From Betaproteobacteria bacterium (GTDB lineage: Bacteria; Pseudomonadota; Gammaproteobacteria; Burkholderiales; Thiobacillaceae), in assembly GCA_020049415.1 (NCBI GenBank), contig JAIFKV010000129.1, positions 8,708-72,707 on the forward strand: a stretch of DNA of 64,000 nucleotides, given 5' to 3'. The notes under the pieces are model-generated. The model was not told the DNA's origin. It made no database searches and saw only the letters and a program-made list of their open reading frames with translations. Below are positions 8,556 through 21,500 of this stretch, one piece after another. Positions within the stretch are counted from its first letter, which is position 1; every line of letters starts with the position of its first letter. Position numbers and translations under genes: made by a program.

Positions 8556-11500
8556 CTACTTCGCAAAAGTACTGCCATCGCCAAGACATTTCTCCAACCT
8601 TTCCGCAACCTGGACTACGTTGGGCATGCGCAAAATACTGTAATGATCTCCGGGCAGATCGATGACCGATAAACCGCTGCGGGCGAGACTTCCCCAACCG
8701 CGATACCGCTCACCCCGTGTCTCATCAGCAACCCCATTTTCGACCACATCCGGCAAGGCGCAAACCAGCAAGTGCATGGGGCCGTGGTACGGGGCCGGCA
8801 CGTAGGATTGAAGGGCATGCAGGTTGACCTGGAAGATCTCGAACAGCAGCGCCGCCTGTTGCGGGGCAACGGTAATGCCGGCAGCGGCCAACTCACCCAT
8901 ATCGTAATCAAAGGCGCGCTGTTCGCGAGCGAGCGCATCTTCGTATATCGACGACTGCGCCGCTTCCAATTTGGCCAGCAGCGCCGGGGTATAGCTATCA
9001 AGCAGGGCAAGCAACGCCACACGCTCGCCAGCATGGGTTAATTGTTGAGCCATTTCGTAGGCCAGAACGCCCCCCATCGACCACCCGGCCAGATGATAGG
9101 GTCCGTGCGGCTGGATGGTACGCAACGCGGCCAGCAATGCCGCCGCCATGTCCGACACGCTTTCGGGCGACGCACCGCCTTGTTCCAGAGCGAACGATTG
9201 CAACCCATAGACGGGTCGTTTGCCTTCAAAAAAAGTGGCCAACGCACGATAACAGTCAACACCCCCGCCGACCGGATGCGGACAGAACAGGGGGGAAGCC
9301 TTGCCGCCCCCTCCATTTAGCAAGACCAAAGGCGAAGGCTGCGCGGCAGAGTCCTGCCCCCGCAGCAGGCCCGCCTGCTGTCCAAGCGTGGGGGCGGACT
9401 GCAATGCAGACATCGACAGCTTACGGCCGAAAACCTGGCGTATTGATCCCAGCAACCGAAGCACCAGCAGAGAATGGCCGCCACACATGAAGAAATCATC
9501 CGCCGCCGACACAGCGCTGATGCCGAGCAGTTCGCACCAGATAGCGGCCAACTTGGCTTCAACTTCGTCCGCAGCCGGAGAACATTCGGCGCTGGCGGGC
9601 CGGTAAGAGCCGATTGAATCTTTCCCCGGAAGGCGTGGCAGACCAAGTGCTCCGCCCACCGACTGGGACAGTGCCTGGCGATCCAGCTTGCCGCCGGGCG
9701 TGCTGGGCAGGCGGTCGAGAAATACATAGACAGCCGGGCGCATGGCAGCAGGCAGGCGTTCGGCGACAAAACGGCGCAGTCCCGCTTCGTCACCAAAGGA
9801 CTGCCCTTCAGTGGCGACATAAGCGACCAGGCCAGGGTCGCCGCCCGGACGTGGCAGTGCAATGACCAGCACATTTTCCGCACCGGCGCTGCGCAGAACC
9901 GCTTCGATTTCTTCCAGTTCAATCCGGAAGCCGCGAATCTTGATCTGATGATCGCGTCGTCCATGGAAAGCGATCAGCCCGTTGCTGCCGGGGATAAAAC
10001 TCGCCAGGTCGCCGCTGTGGTAGATGCGCCCGCCAGCCGCATCGGTGTTGAAGTCCGGCCTGAAGCACTCAGCGGCAAGATCGGGATGTCCCCAGTAACC
10101 CAGTGCAACCCGAGGCCCGCCTATCACCAGTTCGCCGACGACACCCTCCGGCACCGGATTGCCATCGCGGTCAAGGATATAAACCCATCCCCCGGCCAGG
10201 GGACGGCCGATGGCGAGGGAGGGACGCATCAGGTCGTCGCCATGAATCTCATGCACCGTCGCCGTGATGGTGGCTTCGGTCGGCCCATAGGCATTGAGGA
10301 AGCGCGCCCCGGCGAGGGGGCTGGCCTGCCACAGACGCACCAACTCGGGCGTCAGCACCTCGCCACCGACGATCAGCAGGCGGGGGCAGGAGAGGATAAC
10401 CGGCTCGCGCGCCCAGGCTTGCAGCACTTCGCGTAAATAGGCCGGCGGCAGGTCAGCAACGCTGACCCCTTCGCGGGTCAGCAATTCGGCCAACGCGGCG
10501 GGCAACCAGACCTCGTTTTCCCGCATCACCAGGCATGCGCCGCTGGCCAGGGTGGGCAATATCTGCTCCAAAGCGGCATCCACATGATGCGACGCAAACT
10601 GCAACACCCGATCATCATCCGACAAGCGGTAATGCGCCATGACGGCGGCGCAATGCACCGCCAGCGCACGCCGGGATACGGCTACGCCCTTGGGTCGACC
10701 GGTCGAGCCCGAGGTGTAGATCAGATAGGCGGGAGTGTCGGGTTCAATGACCGGCGATGGATTGCCAATCAAGCATTCGCTGGCGCCACGCGGCCGATCG
10801 ATCAGCAGCACGGGGACGTCTCCCACCGGCAAACGCCCGCGAGTCGAGGCCTCGGCCACCACCAGGGCGGGTGCGGCATCCGCAAGAATGTAGGCGAGGC
10901 GCTGATCCGGATAATCGGCATCCAATGGAACCCAGATCGCCCCGGTTTTGAGCGTCGCCAGCAGCGCGACGATGCTGCCTGCTCCACGCTTGAGCAAGAC
11001 GGCTACCGGCTGGCCGGGACACACCCCCCATTGGCGCAGACAGGCCGCCAGCTGATCGACCCGCTCCTGTAGCTGGCGGTAACTCAAGCGCTGGTCGCCG
11101 ACGACCAGGGCGGCAGCATCGGGCGTGAGCATCGCCTGCCGGGCGATCCGGACTTCTACGCTTGCCTCGTCCAGCGACGGCGAGGCCCGCACTCCGCTCC
11201 AGTCGAGCAACAAGTGCTGACGTTCCGTGGCAGAAAGCATATCGAGGCTGCCGATGGCGGCGTCGGTATCGGCGCAGATCGACGCCACCAAACAAAGGTA
11301 ATGATCCACCAGGCGTTCAATGGTCTCGGGGTCGAATCGCCCTTGATCGAACGCCGCGACGAGGCGCAGTTCTTCACCCTCGGCGTAGAACTCCAATGCG
11401 AGCGGAACGTCTCCCTCCTGCCTCACCCCCGCCAGATGATTGACCGGGATGCCGGCAATGCCGGATAGATCCTGCGGCGTCAGGAAATTCTGCCAGGAAT

Positions 11501-12520
11501 AGATGATCTGAACGGGAATCCGGGTATCCGCGCGTGCAGCGAGCAAGGCAAAGGGCCAGGCAGCGTGATCCAGCCCGGCCGTCAGCCGCTTCTGGATGGC
11601 GCGCAGGAATTCTCCTGCCGCCAACTCTCCCCGCACGGCATTGCGCATTGGCAACAAATTGACGAAGTAGCCGACAGCCTGCTCGAATCGACGCTCAGGT
11701 CGACCAAGCACAGGCATCCCGATCAAAATATCTTGCTGCCCGCTGTAGCGGTAAAGCAGGACATGCAGCGCCCCCAGGAAGAAAGCCGAAAGGTCGATAC
11801 CCAGTTTCTGGGCGCACGCTCGGCTGGCAGTGACGAGATCAGGCGGCAGGCTTCTTTCCAGACTGTTACCCACCAGCGGCTGACCGGCAACAGGTCGGCG
11901 ATCCTGAGGCAAGGCCAGGCTGGTCGGCTCATCGGCCAACTGTTCCTGCCAATAGGCCAGATCGGCCTGACCGGCCGCACTTTTCAGGTAATCCCGTTCC
12001 CAGCCGACAAATTCAGCAAAACTCGCTGCTGGCGGCGGTGGCGGCAGGGGCTTGCCGGCGACCAGATGGGCGTAGACCTGCCAGAAATAATGGCTGAAAT
12101 GAGCAGCGGAAAGACCATCGAAAACAATGTGATGCAGCAGAATCAGCAAAACATCCTGGCCTTCCCGAGCTTCCCGCAGCAGTTCGAACCGAATCGGCGC
12201 TGTAGCGAGCAAATCGAAAGGAATCCGCGCACGCTCACGCAGCATTACCTCGATCGGCGCCCCTGCCGCCACCGACAGCAGTGTCACTTGATCGGTCACC
12301 GCCTGAGACTGCCATTCGAATTCCGTCTCATTTCTCGCCACGATGCGACAGCCAAGCAGCGGCCAGGCGCTCAGCACGGCGTCACAGGTCTGCGCCAGCG
12401 CGGGCAAGTCGATGCCTGCAACACGGAAAGCCAGGGGAAGGTTATATGCGGAGGAATCTGGATAAAGCTGCTGCCAGCGCCATAAACCCTGCTGGCCTTC
12501 GGACAACGGAAAGACGGTCA
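8556..12520 (-). other. Terminal NRPS module C-A-PCP-TE within the PKS-NRPS (approximate domain bounds)
   Basis: C domain starts near LSEGQQGLW (about 12510), with HHIVFDG at about 12129. A domain spans about 11100-9670. PCP Ser codon at 9471-9473. TE Ser (GWSMGG) at 9078-9080. The stop is at 8556. Confidence 0.85.
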
Positions 12521-15500
12521 GAAGCGGGTCCGCTGGCGCAGAGGTTTGTTCGCTGTTCTGCCAGCGCCGACTTTCTGTTTGTGGTGTCTCGGCAATCCGC
12601 TCAGCCACATAAGCAGCCAATACAGCAGGCGTCGGATAGTGTTCCAGATCGCCATGCCCCAACTCGACACCGGTAGCCTCGGCGATACGGAAGATCAGCC
12701 GCAAGCCAACCATCGAATCTGCCCCCAGCGCGCGGAAGGAAGTCGCTTCCGCCAGCCCCGCCCGATCCAACACCAGTTCAGTCGCGAGCAGTTCGAGAAT
12801 CAGGGAGAGGATTTCCGTTTCGGCAAGGACAGCTTGCCGGACCTCGGCTTCCACCTTGGTTTCTGCGGCTGGCGCAAAAGGAGGCGCGGGATTGGGCAAC
12901 CAGTAATGCTCGCGAGCAAAGGGATAGCCGGGCAGCAGCAAGGGCGGCAGGGTTGGGTCTGCCGCCGCGACATCTGCGGTCGTCTCGTCGTCGGCCGGTA
13001 TTCCATCGGCCAGGCGGGCGATCAGATCCTCCTGATCCATCGCCACGATCGTGCAGGCGCAGGCCATCGGCTCGCGCCGGTATTGCAGGGTGGCGGCCAA
13101 CCGGGCCATAGAAAGGCCTGGGTAACGAAGCAGATAATCGCGCATCAAGCCGAGCAGATCGGTCAGGCGCTGGGCATCGCGGGCGGAGAAGAAAAAGCGC
13201 CGGGCCTGGCGTCGTTCGTCGCCGGCAATCACAGGCAGCATCGGAGCTTCTTCCAGAATCAGATGCACATTCGATCCGCCTGCGCCAAAGGAACTGACGG
13301 TCGCCCGCCGGGGCGTGTCTTCGCCGGTACGGTCCCAATCCGCCAGCGTCCGCTGCAGGCGGAAGGGCGTCCCGGCAAACTGCAAGTGCGGGCTGAGCGG
13401 ACCTGCCGACACCCCGGGGACCAGTTGCTTATGTTCCAGTTGCAACAGCACCTTGGTCAATTGGGCCAGACCGGAGGCCGACTCCGCGTGTCCCATGTTG
13501 GATTTCACCGAACCAATGGCGCAAAAACCCTCTTCTGCGGTGAATTGCTGGAACGCGCGGGTCAACGCCCTGAACTCTATGGCATCGCCAAGCGCGGAAC
13601 CATTTGCCGCCGCCTCAACATAGCCGACGCTGTGCGGATCGATACCGGCCTGGCGGAAATTGTCCGCGATCAAGCGCGTCTGCACCTCGCCATTGGGGAC
13701 GCCGTAACCGGCCGAGTGTCCGCCATGATTGGCGGCGCTGGCCTTGATGAGGGCGATGATCGGGTCGCCATCGCGCAGCGCATCGGCCAGCGGCTTCAGC
13801 AGCACCGCGCCGACGCCTTCCGCCGGCAGATAACCGTCACCCGCCATGAAACTGCGGCTGTCCGCATGACTCCCCAGCATGCCTGCGCGCGACAGTCCGA
13901 CATATTTGCCCGCACTCAGGGTCAGGTTGACGCCGCCGGCAATGGCCAGATCGCACTCACCCCGCCGCAGGCTCTGAACAGCCAGATGCACGGCCTGCAA
14001 ACCTGAAGAACACAGGGTGTCCACCGCCACGCTGGGGCCTTGCAAATCGAAGAAGAAGGAAACCCGATTGGCCATGCTGGCATTCGAGGAAAGCGCCACC
14101 AGGGTGCGGCTGTCCTCGTCGGTATCGACACCATGGTAAGGCTGATACATTGCCCCGACATACACCCCGACCCGCGATGCGTAGCGTTGCCGCAGCAGTT
14201 CGCGGGTATGTCCGCCCCGCTCCAGCAGATGCCAGATCGTTTGCAGGAAAAGGCGCTCCTGCGGATCCATCAGGATGGCGTCGCGCGGGGAAAGGCCGAA
14301 GAAGCCGGGATCGAAACAATCGACATCTTCGAGGAATCCGCCCCACTTGCAATAACTGCTGTGCGGCTGACCCTTGCGCGGAGAATAAAACTGATCGCTG
14401 TCCCAGCGGGCCGCCGGAATTTCCGTCACACAATCTCGTCCGGCCTGCAACAGCGCCCAGAACTCCTCGATGGTTTCTGCGCCCGGATAACGCCCGGCAA
14501 CGGCGATGACGGCAATATCGTCAACAACAGCCGGTGAAGGCGAAGCAACCACGACCGCTTTATCCATCCTGCTCGCTGCAAGAACAACCGGCGCCGGATC
14601 CTTGTCCGCCAGCAAAGTCGTCAAGACCGGCCCATGCGATGCCAGCAGGGCAGTCGCCAGAGCGGCCATGCTTGGGTACTCAAACAGCAGCGTTTGGGGC
14701 AAGCTGCCGAGATCACGTTCCAGCATCTCGATCATCTGCATGGCCAACACCGAATCGACGCCATAACGATCCACCACCTGCTCGGGGCCGATGTCGCTCG
14801 GCGGCATCCCCAGCACATCTGCCAGCCGGTCGGTCAGCCAGGCGATCGTCTTCTGCCGCAAATTGTCCGGCGTTTTCCGGTCATCGGGAGCGCCAGGTTG
14901 AGGATCAGGCGGCCCTTCCTGAGCCAGCAGCCCAAGCAAGCGGCGGATGCGCTCGGGCTCGCCGTCGAGCACCAGCACCTGGCCCGCTTCCCGGGTGCGC
15001 CAGGCCAGATTGAGGGCCCGCAGCCCCTGCTCGGTAGTGAGGGGCTGCACCCCGGTCGCCGCCACCATCGACTGAATCAGGCCGGCATCCATACGCATGC
15101 CACCCTCCTGCCAATAGGGCCAGTCGATGGCCAGGGTTGCGCCGTGGCGCTGGCCCTGCGCCAGCAACTGGTTGCGATATTCGGCAAAGCTGTCCAGCCA
15201 GGCATTGGCGCAGGCATAGTCGGCCTGTCCCGGATTGCCCAGTGCGCCGGATGCCGAGGCGAACAGCAGGACGAAATCGAGATTGCAGGCCGCACTGGCC
15301 CGATCCAGGTAATAAAGCCCGGCAACCTTCGGCGCGAGCACCTCGCCCAGTTCCTCCCGCGGTTTGCGCACAATGAGCTTGTCGCGGGTAATGCCTGCGG
15401 CATGCACGATGCCGTCGATTCGTCCCCGGTGTTGCAGCAGTTCTTCGACCAAACGCTCTGCCGCCCCTTCCTGACCAATATCCGCCTGCCGATAAATTGT

Positions 15501-18500
15501 CTGCGCGGAGATGCGCGCCAGTCTGTCCTGCAATACCTGGCCAGGAGCTGAGCGGCCGACCAGGCACAGCAGTGAATTTCGGGTGCGCAGGGCAATTTCT
15601 TCGGCCAGCAACAGACCAATACCACCGCCGCCGCCACTAATGAGATAAACGCCATCGTCCCGCCAGAGGGATTCCTGCTGTGAGTCGCGCGGCAACAGCA
15701 GTTCCCGCCACGCCCGCACTTGCCGCTGGCCGCCTTGGTAGCGCACCTGTGCATCAGCACTGGCCTGCTCCAGCCGCAACAGATCGGCCAGATTCGTGAC
15801 CTCGTCCGCCAACGCGATCAATTGAAAACGCAGCGTCGGATGCTCCAATTGCGCTGTACGCAGCAAGCCGGAAAATCCCTCGAACAGACGCGCTTCCCCA
15901 GCCAACGGGACAACCACCTGAATCAGCGCGCTGGTCGGACGATCCCGCAACAAGGCCTGGATCATGCCGAGAAGTTCCTCTGCGTAGGCCGTGTAGCGCT
16001 GGTGTATGGGTGATTCCTCAGCCGCGCCGCGATGATCCAGTATCCGCAACTCAACCGGGGCGAGCGCACTCGCCACAATTTCGCCAATCAGCTCGCCCTC
16101 ACTTCCGGCACCGCCGTCTTGCCTGCGCCGAGTTCTGGCAGCGTAATGATCCGGCTCGCACAAAACCACCCATATCCGCGCCACCGCCGACATCGTCGGC
16201 AGGGCCGGGCTCAGCCGCCAGTCGGGTGCAAACAGCAGGGGCGGCGGTTTACTCGGGCTGGATAGGTGGGCGACGCGCGCAAGTTGAGTTGTCGATGCGC
16301 CCGTCGCAGCCGTTTGACTTGGCACCCAATAATGCTGTCGGGCAAATGGATAGGTGGGAAGGCTGATTTTGACCGGCAAGCGTCTCTCTACCCACAAGCG
16401 ATGCCAATCCACCGTCTTGCCTTCGGCCCATTGTGCCGCCAGTTGATTGACCCATGGCGACGCCTGGTTCTTGCCACGACCCTGCACCCCCTCGGGCCCT
16501 GCCGATGCAGACAGCAGGGCGTCCAGACCATCAAGCAGGCCTTGGCGATCAACCGCCACCACGACTACCCGGACTTCAAAGGCCTCACGCCCCAGTTGCA
16601 GGCCGGCAGCAACCGCCGGCAGCGCCGTCTCATCGAGCGTGTCCAGCGCCTGCCGCATCCGCGCCAGGGCTTCCCGCAACTGCAGCGGATCGCGTGCCGA
16701 AAAGGGAAACACGCCCGGCAGGGCAACAGTGAAGACAGTCTCGGGGCGAACCGGCGCGGGGAAATACTCCTCGATCACCAGATGGGCGTTGGCCCCTCCC
16801 GCGCCGAAGGAGGACAGGCCGGCGATACGGGGCCTGACTTTCCCGCCGGCATTCTCGCGGGACGGCGGCCAGGGCTGAAGACTGCGCTGCACGACAAAGG
16901 GGGTGGCGGCAAAATCGATGTGCGGATTGAGCCGCTCGCTGTGCAGAGAAGGTACGAGTTGACCATGCTGTAGTTGCAGCAGAAGTTTGGTCAGGCCGGC
17001 GATGCCGGCGGCGCTCTCCGCATGGCCAATATTCGATTTCACCGAACCGATGGCGCACGCCATGCCACCGGTTTCACCGCCAAAGGCACGGCTCAGGGCG
17101 GCAATCTCGATGGGGTCGCCCAAGCGGGTGCCGGTGCCATGCGCTTCGATATAACTGACCTGTGCCGGGTTGACGTTTGCCCGGGCCATGGCGCGGACGA
17201 TCACGGCTTCCTGAGCGTGAGGATTCGGCACGGCGTAGCCATTGGTCTTGCCACCATGATTGAGGGCGGAACCGCGAATTACCGCGTAGATCCTGTCACC
17301 GTCGGCCTCAGCCTGCGCCAGCGGCTTCAGCAGCACCGCACCGACGCCTTCGCCCGGCACATAGCCGTCGCCACCTTCGCCGAAGCTCTCGCAACGCCCC
17401 TTGCTTGAGGTAAAGCGGCCTTGCGCCAGCGCCAGGTATTTGTTCGGATGCAGCGTGAGATTAACGCCCCCCGCCAGAGCCGCTTCGCAACTGCCGGCAC
17501 GCAGGCTCTCGCAAGCCAGGTGAATGGCCGTCAGTGAGGAGGAGCACATGCTGTCCACCGCCAGGCTGGGGCCATGGAAATTGCAGAAATAGGAAACCCG
17601 GTTGGCGATGGACGCGGCGCTGCCAGCGAGCGCCAGAGGCTCGCCACGCTGGGTGCTCTCGGCGCCGTACAACTGATATTCCTCATACATCACCCCGACG
17701 AAAACCCCGACGTTCGCCCCTGTCAGCGGGGCTTGCGCGGGTGACAGAGCGGCGCGGGTATAGCCCGCGTCTTCGAGGGTTTCCCAGGCGCATTGCAGAA
17801 ACAGGCGCTCCTGAGGGTCAAGATAGGCGGCCTCACGTGGCGCAATGTTGAAAAACTGCGGGTCGAAACAATCGTAGTCGTCAATGAATCCGCCCCACTT
17901 GCTGTTGGTCTTGCCAGGCGCGCCGCGTATCGGGTCGTAATAGGCGGAATGATCCCAGCGGCTAGCCGGTACTTCACTGATGCTGTCACGCCCCGCCGCC
18001 AGATTGGCCCAGAACGTCTGTAGATTGCTGGCGCCAGGGTAGCGCCCGGCAAGACCGATGATGGCAATGTCGCCTGTAGTCTTTTCAGGCTGGCTGTTCT
18101 GCGGTGGCGGCGCAACCTGCGCCACCGCGCCGGAAGCCGCTGTGCCGCCCCCCGTGATCCGCGCCACGGCTTGCGGGTGATTCTGTAAAAAGTAAGCCGC
18201 CAGGGCATGCAGCGTCTGATGATCGAAGAACAGTGTTCTCGGCAACGTGCCGAAATCCAGTTCCAACTGATCAGTCAGGCGGGTAATCATGATGGAATCA
18301 ATGCCATAGGCTTCGAGCGCCGCCGTCGGGTCGATGTCGGACACCGCAAGGCTGGCCTCTGCCGCAACCAAACCTGACAAATAACGCTGCATCCCGGCTG
18401 CCACAGTTTCCGTTGTCGCCGCCACGGATTGAGCCGCGGGATCGACGCGGTGCGCTTGCAGGCGCACCGAAAAGCCACGCACCTGAATGCAGATCTGCCC

Positions 18501-21500
18501 GGCATCGTCGCCGATATCAAGGTCGATCCGGCGCACTGCACCGCCCCCCGGAACCAGCCGCCCATGCACCCACAGGGTGGCAGGCATCGATCGGTGGAAA
18601 TGGAGGGTTTCCAGCACGAAAGGCAGCGCCGCCTGCCCAGCCCCGGCCGCCTCGGCAAACAGACCCAGGCAGGCCTGGAACGCACCATCCAGGAGCACCG
18701 GATGGATGCCAAAGACCATGTTCGCTGATGTGGCCACGGCGGCTGGGGGCAATTCCAGGCGCGCCAGGAATTCGTCCTGCCCAACTTGCAAGTCGGTGAC
18801 CACCCGAAAAGACGGCCCGTAATCGAGACCCAAAGCGCCATAACGCTGGTATAGCCAGTCTGCCGAGAACGCCCTGGTACAGCGAAGGCGCAGCACCTTC
18901 AGATCCAGAGACGGCAGGGGCTGCGGTCCGACAACCAAAGGACCGATCAGCCCCTTGACATGAACTGCGCCGCCCGGCGCGCTGCCGGCGCGCAGTTGAA
19001 ATTGCTGTCGTCCCTCGTTGCCCGGTGATTCAGGCGCCAGTTCGATGCGGCAGAGCAGTGGCGCCGCGCCCGCCGTCAACGGCTGCAGCCAGACGACTTG
19101 CACCAGGGTAACCGCCTCCCCGCTGGCGCCACGGCTCAAGGCATGGGCCAGACGTGCCAGTTCCACACTCATGGCACCCGGCAGCAGGCGCGCTCCCCGC
19201 ACCCGATGATCCCGCAAATAGAAAGCCTCAGCGTCCAAAGTACAGAGTGCAACGCCATCGGCGATCAGGTGCATTGCGCAAGGCAGCCCTGACTCGGCCG
19301 GCAAGCTCGCCGAACTGGAGACCGCCGGCCCGACCCGGTAAGACTCGCGAGCAAACGGATAGGTGGGCAGATTGAGTCGGCGGCGCGCCCCCTGCCGCAG
19401 GGTCGCCCAGTTCACTTCGGCGCCGCGCACCCATTGGTCTGCCATATCCATCAGCGATCCGACCGCCGGGGGTTGGCCGGCTACGACGCAGCCATTGCGA
19501 ACGCTATTGTCCTGACCGACGCGCCAGGCACGTAACTCGGCGGCCAGTTGCGACAACTGGGTGACGACCACTGCCAGCCGATATTTCATGGCTTCCCGGC
19601 CGACTTGCAAAGTCCAGGCCAGATCGGGCAAGTCCTCTTGCTGATAGCGTTGGCCGTCCAGAACGTTCAGCAACTGATCGACCTGGTCCCGCAGCCTCGC
19701 CTCATCCCGCGCCGACAACGGCACTATCACCGGCTGGCCAGAAGCAGTCGGGTCGGGCAATGACTGGGGATATGCCTCCAACACCACATGCGCATTCACT
19801 CCGCCAAAGCCAAAACTGCTGATCCCGGCCCGGCGCGGCAGTAGAGCGCCGGTGGCGTCCCGGGTTGCCACCCAGGGCTGATTTTTATCGACAATGAAGA
19901 AGGGACTGCCACTCAGGTCGATGTAGGGATTCACCTCCTCGCCATGCAGGTTGCGTACCAAGGTAGCGTGCCGCATCTGCAGCAACACCTTGATGATGCC
20001 GGCCATCCCCGCAGCCAGTTCCAAATGGCCGATATGGGTTTTTACGCTGCCGATGCCGCAACTGACCGCTGGCCCGGCAACTACGCCCAAATCCCGGTAG
20101 GCCGACTTCAGTGCATTGATTTCCACCGGATCGCCCAGCGGCGTCCCGGTTCCGTGGGCCTCGATATAACTGATGCTGCCCGCCTCGACCCCGGCACGGC
20201 GACAGGCTGCTTTCAACACTTCCGACTGAGCGGCGGTGTTGGGCGCCGTCAGAGAATTGGCTCGTCCGCCATGGTTGACCGCGCTACCGCGCACCAGGGC
20301 GTAAATGGGGTCGCCATCTCGCCGGGCATCCGACAGGCGGCGCAGGACAATCATGCCGATGCCCTCTCCCCGGGCGTAACCATTGGCCTGGGCCGAGAAG
20401 GTCCGGCAGCGACCGTCCGGTGAAAGCATTCCGGCTTTGGCAAAATTGATATGGGCTTCCGGCGTCATGATGGTGTTGACGCCCCCCACCACCGCCATCT
20501 CGCAGTCACCACTCCGCATCGCCTGCAACGCCCGATGCAGGGCCACCAAGGAACTGGAACAGGCCGTTTCGACGGGTTCGCTGGGGCCGTGCCAGTCAAG
20601 GAAATAGCTGACCCGATTCGGGCCCACCGACGGCACTGCTCCGGTAGCAACATAACCTTCACCGCCGCTGTCTGTACCGATCACTTCCCGATATCCGCTG
20701 GAGGAGGTGGCGACGAACAGCCCCACCGCTCGTCCGGCAAGAGATCGTGGCGCGTGACCGGCATCTTCAAGGGCCTTCCAGACGTGCATCATCAGCAAGC
20801 GCTGCTGAGGGTCCATGAGCTTGGCTTCGCGAGGCGAAATGCCGAAGAACAGGGGGTCGAACTCGAACACCCCGTCGATGAATCCAGCCCAGCGGATATT
20901 CGTCTTGGTCGGTTCCCGTTTCGGATCCCCATACACTTCACGCCAGTCCCAGCGGTCGGCGGGAATCTCGCTGATGCAGTCCCGCCCGTCGATCAGATTC
21001 TGCCAAAAGTCACCCAGGTCGGCGGCCATGGGAAAACGGCAACTGACGCCGACGATGGCGATCGGATCGTCCTGGTCCGCCTCAGCGACCGCTGCCGGCG
21101 CGGCGTAAGGGCGGGAGGCCGGGGCGGCAGGCTCGATTACAGCCTCGGCCGACGCGGCGCGGGCAGAGAAAACCGGCGCATCGGCAATATGCGCGGCCAG
21201 GCGGCCCAGCGTGGCAAACTCGAAGAAATCGGCCGGTGTCAGCGACAAGCCCAATGCCTCATTGGTCTTTGTTGCAAAACCGGTCATGGTGATGGAGTCG
21301 AAGCCATACTCACCCAGCTCGGTATCGGGTTCGAGCACCCCCGGATCCACTTCCAGCACCCGCGCGGCAATCTGCACCAAGGCAGCAAGAGCGCGTGACT
21401 TGCCTTCCACAGGCGATGCTTGAACTGACTCATCCGGTACGGGTTGGGATACCGGCAACTCGGCGCTGGCGGGATGGATCTCGCTCTGCGTCACCATGGG

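Noticed and set aside
12546-14006. 486-aa plus-strand ORF, and many similar ones (for example 6524-7663, 7667-8665, 20451-21398, 22326-23330, 23029-24117, 28642-30429, 31098-32300, 32448-33476, 51772-53256)
   Set aside because: All lie antisense to genes with strong motif support. Their translations are Arg/Gly/Pro/Ala-rich and low in complexity with no motifs, as expected for stop-codon-poor antisense frames of GC-rich coding DNA.
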